DNA of 64,000 nucleotides from Cycas panzhihuaensis (Eukaryota; Plantae; Cycadophyta), in NCBI GenBank assembly GCA_023213395.1, contig CM041465.1:91271741-91335740 (forward strand), given 5' to 3'. Position numbers and translations under genes: made by a program. How positions within the stretch are numbered: position 1 is the stretch's first letter; each line of letters opens with the position of its first letter. Below, piece after piece: positions 13,471 to 27,509 of the stretch. The notes below the pieces were generated by a model. The model did no database searches and was not told the origin of the DNA. It saw nothing but the letters and a program-made list of their open reading frames with translations.

Positions 13471-16400
13471 AGAAAAGGATAAAATATTAAGAGAGGGTGT
13501 TAGAATATCAATGCTCTATCCTATGTTTCTACTTAAGGGGTCTCTTATGTATAATTAAGGGTCATGTGACATGACCCTCTTCTATTTAAGAATGACACTT
13601 GGTATACATGTACTGGGCCTTTTTTATAAATTAATTATATTTATATGAGAGGGAAACTCTCACCTATCAATAAAGAAAGATCATTCTCTTTTGAAAATTA
13701 GTCTTTCTTCATCAATCATTTTGGTAACTACCATGCCTTTTTTAGATTTATAATTAATAATTTATTAGTCAAACTCTTGTAAAAGGAGTGCCTATTTATC
13801 TGCTTACACTATGAAGATGGCTTTTAGTAAGTAAGAAGTAAATATATTCAGATTGGGCAATCACATAGGTAGTATTTCCAAGGAGTTAATGATGTAGTTT
13901 TTTAGTGGAAAAGATTGAAGATAAGAATTATTTTTCCAAACTAGAGTAGTTCAGTTAATTGGAAATGAGAGTTCTACTTATAAAATAAATAGCTTGCTCC
14001 ATGCTAAATTCATCTTCATGGGAAAGCATACCCCCAAAGGATTCTTCTGTGGAAGATATGTACAAGATGAAGGGCTTGATAAAGATGTGAAGAGCAAGTA
14101 TAGGGGTTAAAACTAAGGCCTATTTTAACCTAACTAAATATTCTTAGATAAGCATAGCTTATTTTCAAGAAGCCCCTTTCTTAAAAAGATTAGTGAGAGG
14201 CTTAGAATTTAATGAAAAATCTATAATAAACCTTTGTAAAACGCCCAACTTGCCAAGGAAGTACTTTACTTACATTTGATTTTAAGGAGGTGGTATCTCA
14301 ATGATGGCCCTTATATTTTTAGGGTCTACTTTAATACTATCTCGCGAAACTATGCTTCTTAGCATTTCACTTACTGTAATGACAAAAATACATTTACTTA
14401 GATTAAGATAATGATGATACTTGTTATATCACTTAAAGATGGTTCTTAAATCTAGAATGTGATCTTTTCTATAACAAGATAGGGCTAACATGTCATCAAG
14501 GTGGGTGGCTATTATAACTCTAATTTAGTCATGAAATATAAAAATCATTACCCATTGATAAGTGGCTCCAATATTTTTAGGCCTAATGACATGACCTTAT
14601 AGGTAAATGTCCCCTATGGAGTTATAAAAGTTGTCTTATAATGGTCTTTAGGTGAGATAAGAATCTAATTATATCCTAGAAAGCTATCCATGAGGGACAT
14701 AACCTTAAAACTAACTATTTGATCCTAAATTTAGTCAAAGAATAAGAGGGGAAAATTATCTTTTAGGCAAGTATTATTGATGTCATGAAAGTCAATACAC
14801 ATCTAAATTAATTCATTCTTCTTATCAATAGGGACAATGTTGGATACCAATTATGAGTAAACAATACTTTTGATAAAACCTACTTTCAATAGCTTCTCAA
14901 CTTTTTATTTAATTACAAAAGATAGGCAAGGGTAAATAAGTTACTACTTTTGTCTCTTAGATTTGGCTCCTAGGATTATAGTGATATTGTGAACTATGAT
15001 GTTAGGGTGAAGACCTTCCATGTCGCTATAATCCTAGGAAAAAACTAACTCAAACTCTTAGAAAAGATCCTTGAGTTATGTTTAACTTCCTTTAACAAGT
15101 AATCTACTCCACCTTTGATGATTCTTAGAGTGCCGTCAATTTTTAGATCTACACCTATCATTTTGCCAATAAATATGGCATTTCTTCCTTAAAGTGAGGT
15201 AGGGTAGGACTTATAAAAGATGGAGGATATTATGAGGGCTGATATGGGCTAGGCAAAGGTGACTTAGGATGCAAGTACTTATCAAAGATAAGCTTTTGAC
15301 GATTAGGTAGAAGGTTGGGCATAACTTTGTCTAAGTGCTCAAGAATTGCTTCATCATTCTTGAAATGATTAAGATGAAGGAGGTCTCTAAGGATAGATCC
15401 TTTAGGTTGAGTAAGAGGATGATGAAGTAAATCTAGGGGAGATGTATTTGAAAGGAAGACATGGGCTTGATTTCGAAGCATATTTATAATTGTGGGAACA
15501 TGGGATGAGGAACCAATTTGATTGGGAAATTCTCAATTTGATTACATAATTTAATAAAAGTTAAACATATTAGTTAGGGGAAGTTTTTAGGAGGAGATAC
15601 ATGAATGAGAGGAGGTAGTGTATCCTCCTAAACATTTGCCTTAGTTGAGAGAGAGGTAGTAGTGATCATGTTGATTTCTATAATTTCTCTTTTTTATGTT
15701 AGATTTAATTTGGGAGGGTTATCTCAAGAGGATATCTTATCTTCTAGTGATAAGAGATCTAAATGCCTCTTCATAAGAAATTTCTCACTATGCCCAATTG
15801 AATAAAGTTATCTTAAGGGAAGACTCATGATAGGATGCTTCATTAGATGAGAGGATAGTAGCTTAAGAGGAATGTACTTATTGAGAAGAATGAGAAATAG
15901 ATGTAATGGTGATCTAGGCATCTTCCACATGATGTAGGCAAAAGATACATCTAAAATTTGACTCATAAAAGGATAAGCCTAATGAAGTGGTTTCTTGAGA
16001 TAAACAAGAACTATCTTGAAGTATACCATCATCATCATTAGTTTGTGGTGAAGAAGAGGAGGCTTGATAAATCAAGTCTTGTACTATTTAAGTAGGATTG
16101 ATTAAGCATCTTTTAGAGCAAAGGGGTAAAGTCTCTTCTATAGAGGTAGGAGTACATATAAGAAAAAGTTCCAAATCACTTTAAAATATTTCTAATTATG
16201 ATTCACTTGATAAAGAACTTTCCCCTAGGGGAATAATATTAATCATATTAACACTCTTAACTTCCTACTTAGGTGTTGAAAGAGACTTAGTGGCAAAGTA
16301 TTATCCAAAAACCCAAAGATTGGAAGAAATACTCAAAAGAGTTAGAGGGATCTCTTATTTCCATGATAGTTTTTACAAATAGAATAGACTATTTAACATG

Positions 16401-16755
16401 TCTATTCTTTCATGGCATGACCTTCAACACCCCTTCATGAATGAATTTAAGCTCACCAAAGAGCGATAAATAAATAATGGATACCCAGTTGATCTAAGGC
16501 CTCACTAGTAAGATATTGTATTCAAAGTAAAGGTTAATGATGGTGAGGTTGATCATAACTATTTACCCTTCTAAGATTAGGGGGAGAGTGACTTGTCTTA
16601 AGGGTATCCTTTAGTTCTTATCATATCCTTAACAAATCCACTCATAAGGTTCATAAACAACAATCTCTAAATCTTCTATAAGATGAAGGGGGATTGTGTT
16701 CACTAATGAGCCTTCATTAATAATAACACATCAGATGTTAATTTCATCTTTATAT

Positions 16756-17373
16756 TGTTGAGAATACAAGGTCCCAACCCTTAAACTGCCACCAAGATCT
16801 AACTTATTCTTGCAATTGGTTATAGAAATTAAAACTAAAGATTACATTCAAGTTCTTAAACTAGAGATAAAACGAATAAACTAAACAAGAAATCCAAGCA
16901 CATAAATACACTCGATATAATGTGGTAAAACCCTAGCATTGTGCTAAGGAAACATCCACACAGGAAAGGTATCGATCTTTATTATCACAGAATGGAGAAA
17001 ATGTACATAATCATGTAGCAAAGTGCTCACAGCAACAACAACTAGCTACCCAACTCCTCATAGTATATTAAACAACCTCAACATAATGAAATATGCCCTA
17101 AAATGGACTATATGAGAGAGTCATGCAAGGCACAAATCTAGACTATAGAATCTAGGGTATTTTTATCAAACGACCCTAATTCTCTTTACAATTTAATATA
17201 GTTTCTAGTACTAATTTTTTGGGTTGGGGGCTATCACCCCCAAACCCTGCACCCCTCTGGCCAAGGGGGGCTCTCATCCCCCTTGGAACCCCCCAAAGAA
17301 GGTTTTAGGGGAACCCGCACTGCCAACATGCCAAAATTTAAGCCTCTAACCATTGTTGTCACATTACCCAACG
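16756..17373 (-). mobile_element. Solo LTR of the Copia-1 family inserted just upstream of the Gypsy-1 protease motif
   Basis: Aligns end to end with 1869-2558 and 6578-7247; tatat TSD; empty site in the paralog at ~56155-56170. Confidence 0.9.
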
Positions 17374-17398
17374 TATATATATATATATATATATATAT
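17374..17398. repeat. (TA)n microsatellite
   Basis: About 12 TA units beginning at the right TSD. Confidence 0.95.
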
Positions 17399-20300
17399 CA
17401 ATGTAGAATAGAAAGGATATCATTAGGGTTCCTTTTCTTCTCATTAGGTAAAATGGAAGGATCAAAAGAAAGGGTAATACTTATTGGGAAACTAGAAATA
17501 AGAACCCTAAGGCATCAAGTAAGAGTTGATGTTGCTCTAGGTAACTCTGCAATAAATCCATAACTAAAATCTCAACAAGAATAGTCTTCAACTTGTCAAT
17601 TGATGAGAAAGATCCATATTTCATGGTGGAAGGGATGGACCTAAAATTAATAGGCCTAGGTGGGACAAGGGGCAATGATTCAAGGGTTTTAGTTGGAAAA
17701 TCTTTAGGAGATTTAGATATAATTAGGTTCCTTATTACTTTGACCATATTAATTATTCTCTTAGTCTCACCACCTTTAGCATGGTTGGTTTTAGTTGTTA
17801 CTCTATTTTTGACCTCTCTTAGGTGAGTTGGTACATTTATTGTTGGGTTTAGAACCTAAGAACTCATTATCACTCATGTCATTTTATTTAGTATTTCCTT
17901 TATTTTTGTCCTTAGTGTGCTTAGGATTGTGGTCAAGTAAAGGGTCCTTATAGATTAATTTGTCTTGATTTATCTTAAAAGTAGGATTATTAGTACTTTG
18001 AGACTTATGACCCATGGAATAAACCACATGGCACTCATCTCAATTATGAGTGTTAATTTTATACCAAGAACACCAAGGAGTCATGTATGGTAGGAGAGTA
18101 AGAGGGTCTTATTATTTTTTCCCTTCAACATAATGAATGACTTTAGTTTCTTGCTTATAATCAAGAGCAATAGGATTTTTAACACATAGATTAGTATCGA
18201 TAGTATTCTCAAGGACTCTAATAGAAGAAGTATAATGATCATATGTATGGTCACCTTAATTAGGTTTCGTCCCTTGAGAGAAGTCATTTTCCAAAGTAGG
18301 CTTGCCAATCTTTTTTATTCCTACTTGAATCTCAAAAGCTTTGAGAGCTAAATATTTATCAATAACTTCCTCGTAGGCTTGAGGACCTCTAAATAAACAT
18401 GAGGTCTTAAAGCCTAGTAAAAATATCAAATAAAGGCACGAATCAAGGTGGGAGTGGCAAGCATGGATTAGGTCTAAGAATTATCTTACAAAGTTGTGAG
18501 ATGACTCATCATTATTTTGTTTGATAGATATAAGAGACTTGATACTCATTTTAAATGGCCTAGTAATATCAAAGTAGTTGATAAAAGCATCAACTAACTA
18601 TTGGAATATGAAGTTGGAAGCAGGTTGAAGGCAATAAAACCACTTTAAAGTGTCACCTTGAAGTAATTTTAGAAACAACCTCATCATAACATAATCATAT
18701 GGTAAGAAGTCAATACATGCAAGTGCAAAGTCTTGCACATGTTTAACATTATCTTGTGTTGATTCTCTAGAGAATTTTAGTAAATTAGGAATAAAAGGAG
18801 GACTTATTAGAAAAATGGAGTTCTCATATAGTCCACAAATGGCCTCTTGGGCCTCAAAGTAGAGAGGGGTTGAGAAGGAATCTACTAATAATCAATGGAA
18901 GGGTTATATGAGGGTTACTCATATTATAGAGGATGGAAAGGAGTGAACCATGTAATAGGGTTGAGGTGCATTCCTATCTATAAAATGGGATACTATTGAG
19001 ATGAAGGAATATATTATAGAGAAAGAATTGTATACCATAGGTATAATTACTAAGCATAAACAAGTCTAAGACCATGAAATGATATGGGCCCTTTAGTTGC
19101 ACTAGGTATTTGCTATTGAGGGATGTGATGATCGACATGAGGAACATGATTACAAGGACTTTTGTATGAGCCTTGGGCTCTAACATAGGTGTAATATATG
19201 GGAAATGGAGGATTGTATGGTGTAGGTCCTTTATAAGACTAATAGGTGGAGGTCTCCTATTATATGCCATATGTTGATGAGGTGAGGGAAAAGGATTCCC
19301 TTGACTAAGGTGGGAAGCATCATGAGAAGGGATAATACCGATGGATGGAACATATAAGGTGGTATTAGGGAACCTAAGACATCATATAAGAGATGGACCT
19401 CTATTAGGCCTAGCATTAGGGAACTGATATGACATAGAAGATTGGTGTATATACCTCAAAGTAAGTTATAGATCTTGGTTAGTGCTCTCAAGTGGGGCAT
19501 CAAATGAGATATGAGGCATAGGAGGAACATGGGACCCTCCTTGCATGGTGTTAGCCTATCCTTGGATTGAGAGTGAAGTGGCCCAATATCTCCTATCTCA
19601 TTAGGGGGAATAAGAGGTACTGTTAGGGTAAAAGTATGAGAAGAACAGGGTGGAGGAGGAGCATTAGATGGATAGGGATGGTCAAGAAGTAGAGGCTAAT
19701 ATTCCTTAAGGTATGTCTTAAATTACTCCTAATGCTACTCATGTGGTGGACGAATAGGTAATGATATGTTGTGAGTATCTTGATAAAAGGTACCCTAATA
19801 TCCTAGGATGGGTATAAGAGAGTAGATCCTAGTGATAAAGGGTTAGAAAAATGGATGTGAAATATGGTCTACATATACCTCTTTATGAATAAGAGTAAAG
19901 GCTACCAATGAAGGATCCTCTAAGTGTAGTTTGGGGTATTTAGAGTAGTCTTTCTCTATAGGGACTTTTTATAAATTAGTAGAGCCTTTATGAGGATGAA
20001 CATGTATCTCATAACCCTCTAATTAGAATAGGCCTTATAAGTCACATAACCTTCTCAGGCTTTATAGTCTTCATAGTGATCATACTTAGAGTCTTGAGGA
20101 GGGAGGCCTTATTGCCTCCTTGATTTCCTTGATTGAGTAGGATGAGAAAGAATCTCCATTGAAATGGGGATGCAAAGTTAGCGATGCAAGCTCAATAAAA
20201 TGATAAGAACCCTAAATAAGAATGAAGGCTTTTATCCAATCAAGGATACAAAGAAGTAGGTGCAAAACTAACTAAGAAATATTATCTTCTAAAGGATCTC

Positions 20301-20890
20301 AAGTAGATATGAAATATCTAGATCTAAATCATGCAACTAGAATGTTTTAGTAACTCCTCAATATGGTTACCATAAATGATTTTATGTCTTGGAGCCAATC
20401 ACCTATTAGATCTAAATGAAATGAAACTAAGTTGATATGTCTCAAGATTTGACCTTTTAACCAACCTTTTTGAATACGTCTCTTTACTTATGCTCTAGAT
20501 AAAAAATATATAAATTAAACTAACTTACAAATTAAACTATTGCATATATGCATCATGAAATCAAATAAAATCCAACAACTATTACTATTCAAATTAATTG
20601 AATAAGTAAAATAAAAGTCCCTTTAATTTCGAGGAGGTCACAAACAACTTTTTAATAGGTAGAAAGATCACTGAGGATCTTTACCCCAAAGCTAATATCC
20701 TAGGTTCCCTCTATTTCTATCATGAAATCCCTTGTATAGATAAAAATTTAACCTAGACCTCTATACTTACCAAAAAATGAGTAATCTACATGACATGAAC
20801 TAAATATTAAGAGGACTAATGAGTGTGAGGATCCATTAGAGCTTAGACCCTAGATTAATGACCCTATCAAGGGTCAATTACTAAGGACTC

Positions 20891-23800
20891 TAAAGGTTTA
20901 AAATCATGGAGACAGAGCAGAGCAGTAACCAATTATTTAATCCATTATAGAGTAAGAGCATAAACCAAATCACATTCATTGAGTCATGTTTGAGAGTATT
21001 ATAGATTTCCAAATAGTGGTGGTGTCAAAAGACACCAAGGTTTATCACCTCAAAAAATATATAGTTTGAGGGAGGAGGGAAACCTCCTCAACCTCTAAAA
21101 TTTAAATAATATTAAAATAATACTTAACCCAAGTGAACATTAACCTTACCTGACTTACCTTGATATGTGTTTGCTCACATGTGCAAAAGGTGGGAGTGGA
21201 GTGATGAGTATTAACTTTAACATTCTCCCCCTTAATGGTTATCATGACTATCTTTACTTTTCTTTGAATTTGTGGTACATGTATTTGATGAAGACTTTGA
21301 GAGAGTGATTGAACAAATATCCTTTAGCTTTGTGTTCATCTTCCTACATCATTATCTTTACAAAGTAGTTTCCTTAAACATAGTAAGGTTTAAGTGATCT
21401 CCAAGTAGGTGTGACTTTCTTCTAATGGAGAAGAGTGGCTTCATCTTTTACTTTATCTTCTGGATTCTTTGTCTTGTGAGAATCGATCAAGTCATAGGTA
21501 CATACAACAGTATCAATTGCATCATTATGATCATCCATTTTATTTAAGTCATCAACATTAGCCTTTTCAACATAGAACACATACTTTGTCATGTGTCTTA
21601 CATGTACAACATCATCAACATAGTTAAAATCATTCAAATCTAAGGTTTATCCCCCATAAATTTATTCTAGAATATCCCAAATGGATTTGGATGTAGTTAA
21701 CTCACTAAAATTAATGAATACATCATCATTTATTGTGCTAAAGATTAACGCTATGACTTCATTATCATTTCTTAAGTTTTCTTTATAATTTTATTCATCC
21801 TCTAGGTAACCATATTCAACAAATTTCTAAAGGTTATTTGAACTAAGATGTTTTTTTAATAAGTCTTTCCAAATGTGAAAATTAGTCCCATTAAATGTGG
21901 GAATTAATACATCATATAAATACCTTGCCATTTGCAAAACTTTTAGTTTATGAACTAAAATAAATAGATGAATACCTTTAATGAATGAATAACATAAAGT
22001 AGGTAATAAATGCTTTTCAACAAATTCCAACATAAATCCCTTAATTAATGTAGGTAAGTAATGAGATAAAATACATATCCTTTTAAGACAAATATTTTTC
22101 TTTAGGATGGAATTAAATCAATCAATGATTTTATGTAAACCTTAAAAGTAAAGGGCTAAAGTGAGCTAAACATAATTTAAAATATATATACTATCTTTCA
22201 GATGAATGCCTTCATAAATCAATGAAAAATAGCTTGATAATAAAGGAAAATATATGATTCAAGAATATTGTTTGCAAGATGAATTTCATGAGGGTTTAAA
22301 TAAGCTTTAAAAAAGAATGAAGTGCTTTGAATACTTATATGCAATAGAATTCACCTTAAAAGGCTTTGAAATCTTGAAATAAAACCAAGTAAACCTTTAC
22401 TATATAGATGAAATCATTAAGAATAAATATAGGCTCTTTTAAATCAAAGAAATGTGTATATATATACTTGAAATATGCTTATGAAATAAACATTAAATGA
22501 ATAACTTCAAAGAGATAACAATTGGTCTAAATAAGCAATAAATAAGTTTTAGGAGAGCTTTGAATCAAATTTATAAGCTAAAAGATAAAATAAAAGCTTT
22601 AGAATAGGGTTGGAGTGCACCAGTTTAATGTTTTTGATCCAAAGGGGGATCCTTCTTTTTAGGAGGCCAAAATAGAGGTTAATATCTATAAAGACTCAAT
22701 TTGCAAGCTTCTAAAATAAGAAAGAGTTGCCAATAATTAATTAGTATTTTAATGATAAATAAATATGATGAGTTAGAGCAAAACTTTTACTTAAAATATT
22801 TAAAAATATATCTAATTAGGACCAAATAGGAGCCTTAACTTTAACTACTTCAAAGAGCTACAAAATAATATTAGATTAAAGTAAAAATTATTCCAATATG
22901 AAGAGTATTAAAAACTCTTTTCGATGAATCCAACCGTTTAGAAAATAGGCTCCTGGAGCTCAAGATATTAATGAATGTATATGAGGACCCTTTTAAGGAC
23001 TCAAAATGGAGCCATGAGGCTTAAATGCTAAAAATTTTAAATTAAGTCTTTATAGAATGATGTGAAAATAGTTATATGTAGATTAGAGATCCCTTAGTAT
23101 GTCTCAAGCTAAAGAAACTCAGAAAAAATTAATTTAATATTGCTAAAAATAATGAACTAAGTCAAATAGGTTAGCTCAACTTCACTGGCTTTGAAAACCT
23201 ATAAAATGGATTCAAATTAGATAAAACATTATACCAACATATAGAAAATCAAACTAACTTTCTGAAAAAATAGAAGGTTTGAAAAATAGAGCTTGTATAC
23301 TAGAGTTATTATAGAAAAGATGAAATGACCTCTTTAAGATTAGCAAAATAAGGGCTAAATAAAGAGGTCACTTCGAATAATTAAATCTCAGTGAAGAAGG
23401 TCTTAAATTTGACAAATGAGTAGTCCACACTGTAGCTCTTTAAAAGATAAATGCAATGGACCCAATTTTGTTGAAAATTAATAAGCTAGAGAGAAGATAT
23501 AGTAAAAAGAGCAATAGTAACATTTTGAGAAAAAATATAAATAAAACTTTATAACTAAAAAATGATTTAGCCATTTTAATACACAGGATAATGGTCATAT
23601 GGAGGTCAAGTGAGACTAGGGCCCACTGAATGAAAGGGGTTAAGATCAAATCGACTAGCCCAGACTTCAAATCACAATACAATATGGTTTAATTTGATTA
23701 AACCTTAGAATAAATAAAAAGTAATCTATTAAACATGTTATTGGATAATGTGACAAATAGAGTCGAAGGTTGATTAAAGAAATCAATGCAAACTCTTCAA

Positions 23801-25053
23801 AATCTAATCAAAATTGATCAGAAGATGGCTATGATAGATCCATAGTGAGGATCATTAAGAAAATGTTTCAAAAAAAAATAATTTTTAGTCTGTAAAAGGA
23901 GGAGAAACATGGTGACAACGTCACACATCCATAGAGATTGTATTTAGAGCAAATTTAAGGATACATATCAAAAAGTATGATTAGATTTCACAGATTAATC
24001 ACTAGGGTGGCTCCATAGAGGTTATATAGTAAGATATTTAACTAGAATAGACTAAAATAATGAAAAACCAGAGTGTAAATGGTGTACGAACTAAGGACAA
24101 CTGTGAGACGATGTATGACACAAAGAGCACAATGTTTGTGCTTAATATTATTTAAGACAAGGTGCAGGGTCTGGGTGCCTAATTTTTTAGAAAAGATTGA
24201 AGAAAAAGTTATAAAACATAATCCAAAAAAAAAAAAAGAGGACTACAAGGTTTTATGGATCACAAAGGGTACTTGACAATCTAAGGAGGATATCTCCACT
24301 TCTGGTGTGTGAAATGCCAAACATATTATTCCATTACAAAGATAACTCGACCATGATCGAAATTAGTAGTCACTTGATGGGGTTATGATCACTGGATTGA
24401 GAGATAGACTACTCTAAAGTTTAGGTTACTTGTTTGTTGAAAAGACTGAACTTAGAACTACTGAAAAAAATGATAAAAATTCTTTGAAAGACCATCCTTT
24501 TTCCTTCCAAATCACAATATCCTATACACAATTGAGTTTGTTATATAAGATCAGGAGTTAAATGTCTAAACAGAGCATATATGCATCAAATGGAGGTTAC
24601 TCACATTAATATGTTAAATATTCCAATAATAAACCTTATTGTAAACTTTAAAATAAAGGAGAATAATGAAAAAAATATAGTATATAATTGTCATTGATGA
24701 AACAGTGCACTCTGATACTAAATGAAAGTTCAAAATCATGGAGACAAAGTAGAGTAATAACCAATATTTAATCCATTGTAGAGTAAGAGCATAAACCAAA
24801 TCACATTTATCAAGCCATGTTTGAGAGTATTACAAATTTCCATATAGTGGTGGTGTCAAAATACACTAGGGTTTGTCAATTAAGAAAATATATAGTTTGA
24901 GGGAGGAGGGAAACCTCCTCAACCTCCAAAATTTAAATAATATTAAAATAATACTTAACTGAAGTGAATATTAACCTTACTTGACTTACCTTGATATGTG
25001 TGTACTCACATGTGCAAAAGGTGGGAGTAGGGTGACAAGCATTAACCCCAATA
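20891..25053 (-). mobile_element. Non-autonomous SIRE-like Copia element carrying only a gag remnant (TR-GAG-like)
   Basis: LTRs 20891-21222 and 24723-25053; PBS/LTR junction ctctgatactaaatgaaag; PPT rc ttctccccctt 21223-21233; TSD gactc/ggctc; empty site gaatc at ~59718; gag N-terminus IPTFNGTNFHIWK in ORF 21827-22033. Confidence 0.85.
23739..24609 (+). mobile_element. Probable solo LTR nested in the leader of the SIRE-like element
   Basis: Starts tattggataatgtgacaa, matching the Copia-1 family LTR terminus in the opposite orientation; flanked by catgt/tatgt; right boundary ambiguous. Confidence 0.4.
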
Positions 25054-27509
25054 GGCTCCCTCACCTAATAATGATCCATCCATAAGGATGAATAGCCTAG
25101 AGATATTTGTGTCTAATTCTAACGAGTTTTCATACTTAGAGGTGAAAATAGAAGAGAGAAAGCTACTCTTAACTTGAAGGATAATAGTAAGGAATCTACT
25201 TTAGAATTTGGATTATGACTAGAAAGAGAAAATCTCAAGGAAGGGGTAGTCTATACACCAAGGATGTTAAGTCATGGTCAATAAAAAAACTCCTAACGAC
25301 AAGAAGTATTTGTCTTTGGGAGAGGATAAGTTTATACACTAAGGATGCCAAGTCTTAAGTGATTAAGCAAGTCCTAAGTAAAGAGATAAGCCTAACATAG
25401 AAGTGACCAAATAATAGCAATTCATATTTATATGCAAGTATAACATATAACCTAAGATTAAATACATACAACAATCATGCATATAATGAACCAATCAAAA
25501 TATGTATAGATAGATGTGTTTTCTTTTATTTATTTTATTTCAATGAATTATAAAAGGAGATAACTAAGCATTTAAGAAAATATGGACTTTAAATCCTTTT
25601 GTTACACTTACATTCATTTGGGTTGTGATTCTTTCACCTTCCTTTTAATATTTTTGTGACTTATTTACTAAAAAATAAAATAATGATATAATCAATGAAA
25701 AATACAATTATAACTTTTGATCTCAAATCATGCCATCACTTCCTATACTTTCATTCTTTTAAGTAAATAAGGAAGAGAAATTCATTACTGATTTAACAAG
25801 CGATATAAGTGAAAGTTCCTTACAATAGAGCTATGAAGTAATAGTTTTGTCCTATTTTGATTACAATCATTTTAGAATGGATACAATTGATCAAATAATT
25901 AAAAGCATTGAATATTTTAATCATCACATTTAAAAGAAAAATCTAGATACAACTTTAGGAAATTTATCAAAATTCTGGTAGTATTTTTTGCTACACATGA
26001 GTAATTTTTATAATAAATGAATATTATGAGCTACCCAAAACTCTATGAAAGAGAGTATAGACGCTTACCTAATTATAAGAAGATATCTTTCTTATCATTC
26101 ATTTTTTTATAACGAGTTAGCTTGATCTGTCGAACCCTTTTTGGGACCAAATTTCTTATAGTTTATGAATAGGAATAAGTAATAATGAGGACTGATGCAA
26201 TTTAATAGTAGTTAATATGTTGATTGAAACTAGTTTAATGCCATAAATTGAACCCTTTTAGTGTTCCAATGAGATAGATACCAAAACTGGTTTGATCCAT
26301 AAATCACGATAATAAAAAACAACAAACTTTAATAGAAATGATAGAAGCTATAACAAAAACTTTTTTTTTTTAAATATTCTTAAGTTGAGCCAAAGCAAAC
26401 TACTCTAACTAGAGAAATAAACACTAAACTATATAAAAAATACTTCAAACCTAGTGAAAATAGATGTAATGTACCTTTGATTAGTGCTATGTTCCTATTA
26501 AAGATGTAATAAAAAAACTTCATGCACCATGAAAATGAGAAACTTCATAGTAGTAAAAGTCATAGAAGAGAAGATTATGACCAAAGAACTAGTGGATACT
26601 GAGAGAAGAGGACCTAATAGGTGGGTGGAGGGGTAAATCTAAGAACTAAGAAATAATTAAGCCAAAGATGGAATCTCAATCTTTCCAATAGACTTTACAA
26701 ACTTCCAAGAAGATGACTTCAAATCTAGTTCAATCAGAAATAAAACACTAATAAGGGATGTTAGAAAAATTTTGGCAGTACTCCATTACATAAGAGACTC
26801 TCCCCCATCCTCTAAAAATACATAGGAATTTATAGGAAAAAAGAGAGAGGAGGATGAAGGATAAAATCATGGTTTTTACCTATGGCTTTACTAACTTTTC
26901 TCAATCAAATCTTGCATGGAGGAAGGTAAGATTACTATGGATTAGTTAAGCAAATGGGTTACTACCAAACTATGAATTTAGGCAGAAATCAAATCAAAAT
27001 AGGTAATAAATCTATGCTTTATTTATTAATTTATGGACATGATAATAAAAAATATAATAATAAACTAAAAATATTATAATACAAATAAAACTTAAAATGT
27101 AATAATTTGTCATATTTTATTTATATTATCACATTTTTGGTATTGCTAAAAATACAATAATGTAAAAAGGCTAAAAAATATAGAAACAAAAAATAAAAAT
27201 TAGTCGAATGAGTTTGCTAGGCCCTCTCAAAGCAATATTGGCTTCATTGAAGATTGAATCATAAAGAGTAAATATTAAGAAGTGGTAGAAATAAGACTAA
27301 AATCAATCATAAACTTAATGGTGTTTAAAATAGAAAGAATTAACAAGGAAAAACATAGGGCAATTTCATGAACTATGTTTGGATAAGAACATAAAATGCA
27401 TCATCATAATCACACATATTTAATCATTTAATTAGCAAGCTATCATATATCATGAATTAAAACAAAGTGATAAATACATAATCATGTCCTGATTAAAGCT
27501 TTTATAATC

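Larger units (their letters stand above)
8370..13714 (+). mobile_element. Copia-2: full-length decayed Ty1/Copia with short (~218 bp) LTRs
   Basis: LTRs 8370-8588 and 13498-13714; PBS tggtattagagc 8589-8600; PPT aagagaggg to 13497; TSD ataat/atcat; RT YIDDIIV (~12538-12560). Confidence 0.92.
1637..20159 (-). pseudogene. Gypsy-1 gag-pol pseudogene (about 7.1 kb once three insertions are removed), many stops and frameshifts
   Basis: Manual minus-strand translation; track ORFs 15230-15481, 17481-17747, 18081-18308, 18974-19270 and 19231-19416 lie within it; putative start ATG (cat at 20157-20159), stop near 1637. Confidence 0.75.

Noticed and set aside
26470-27509. 5' LTR or PBS of Gypsy-1 (also searched 34835-35200)
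   Set aside because: No convincing PBS or TG...CA boundary, and the partner LTR is outside the window
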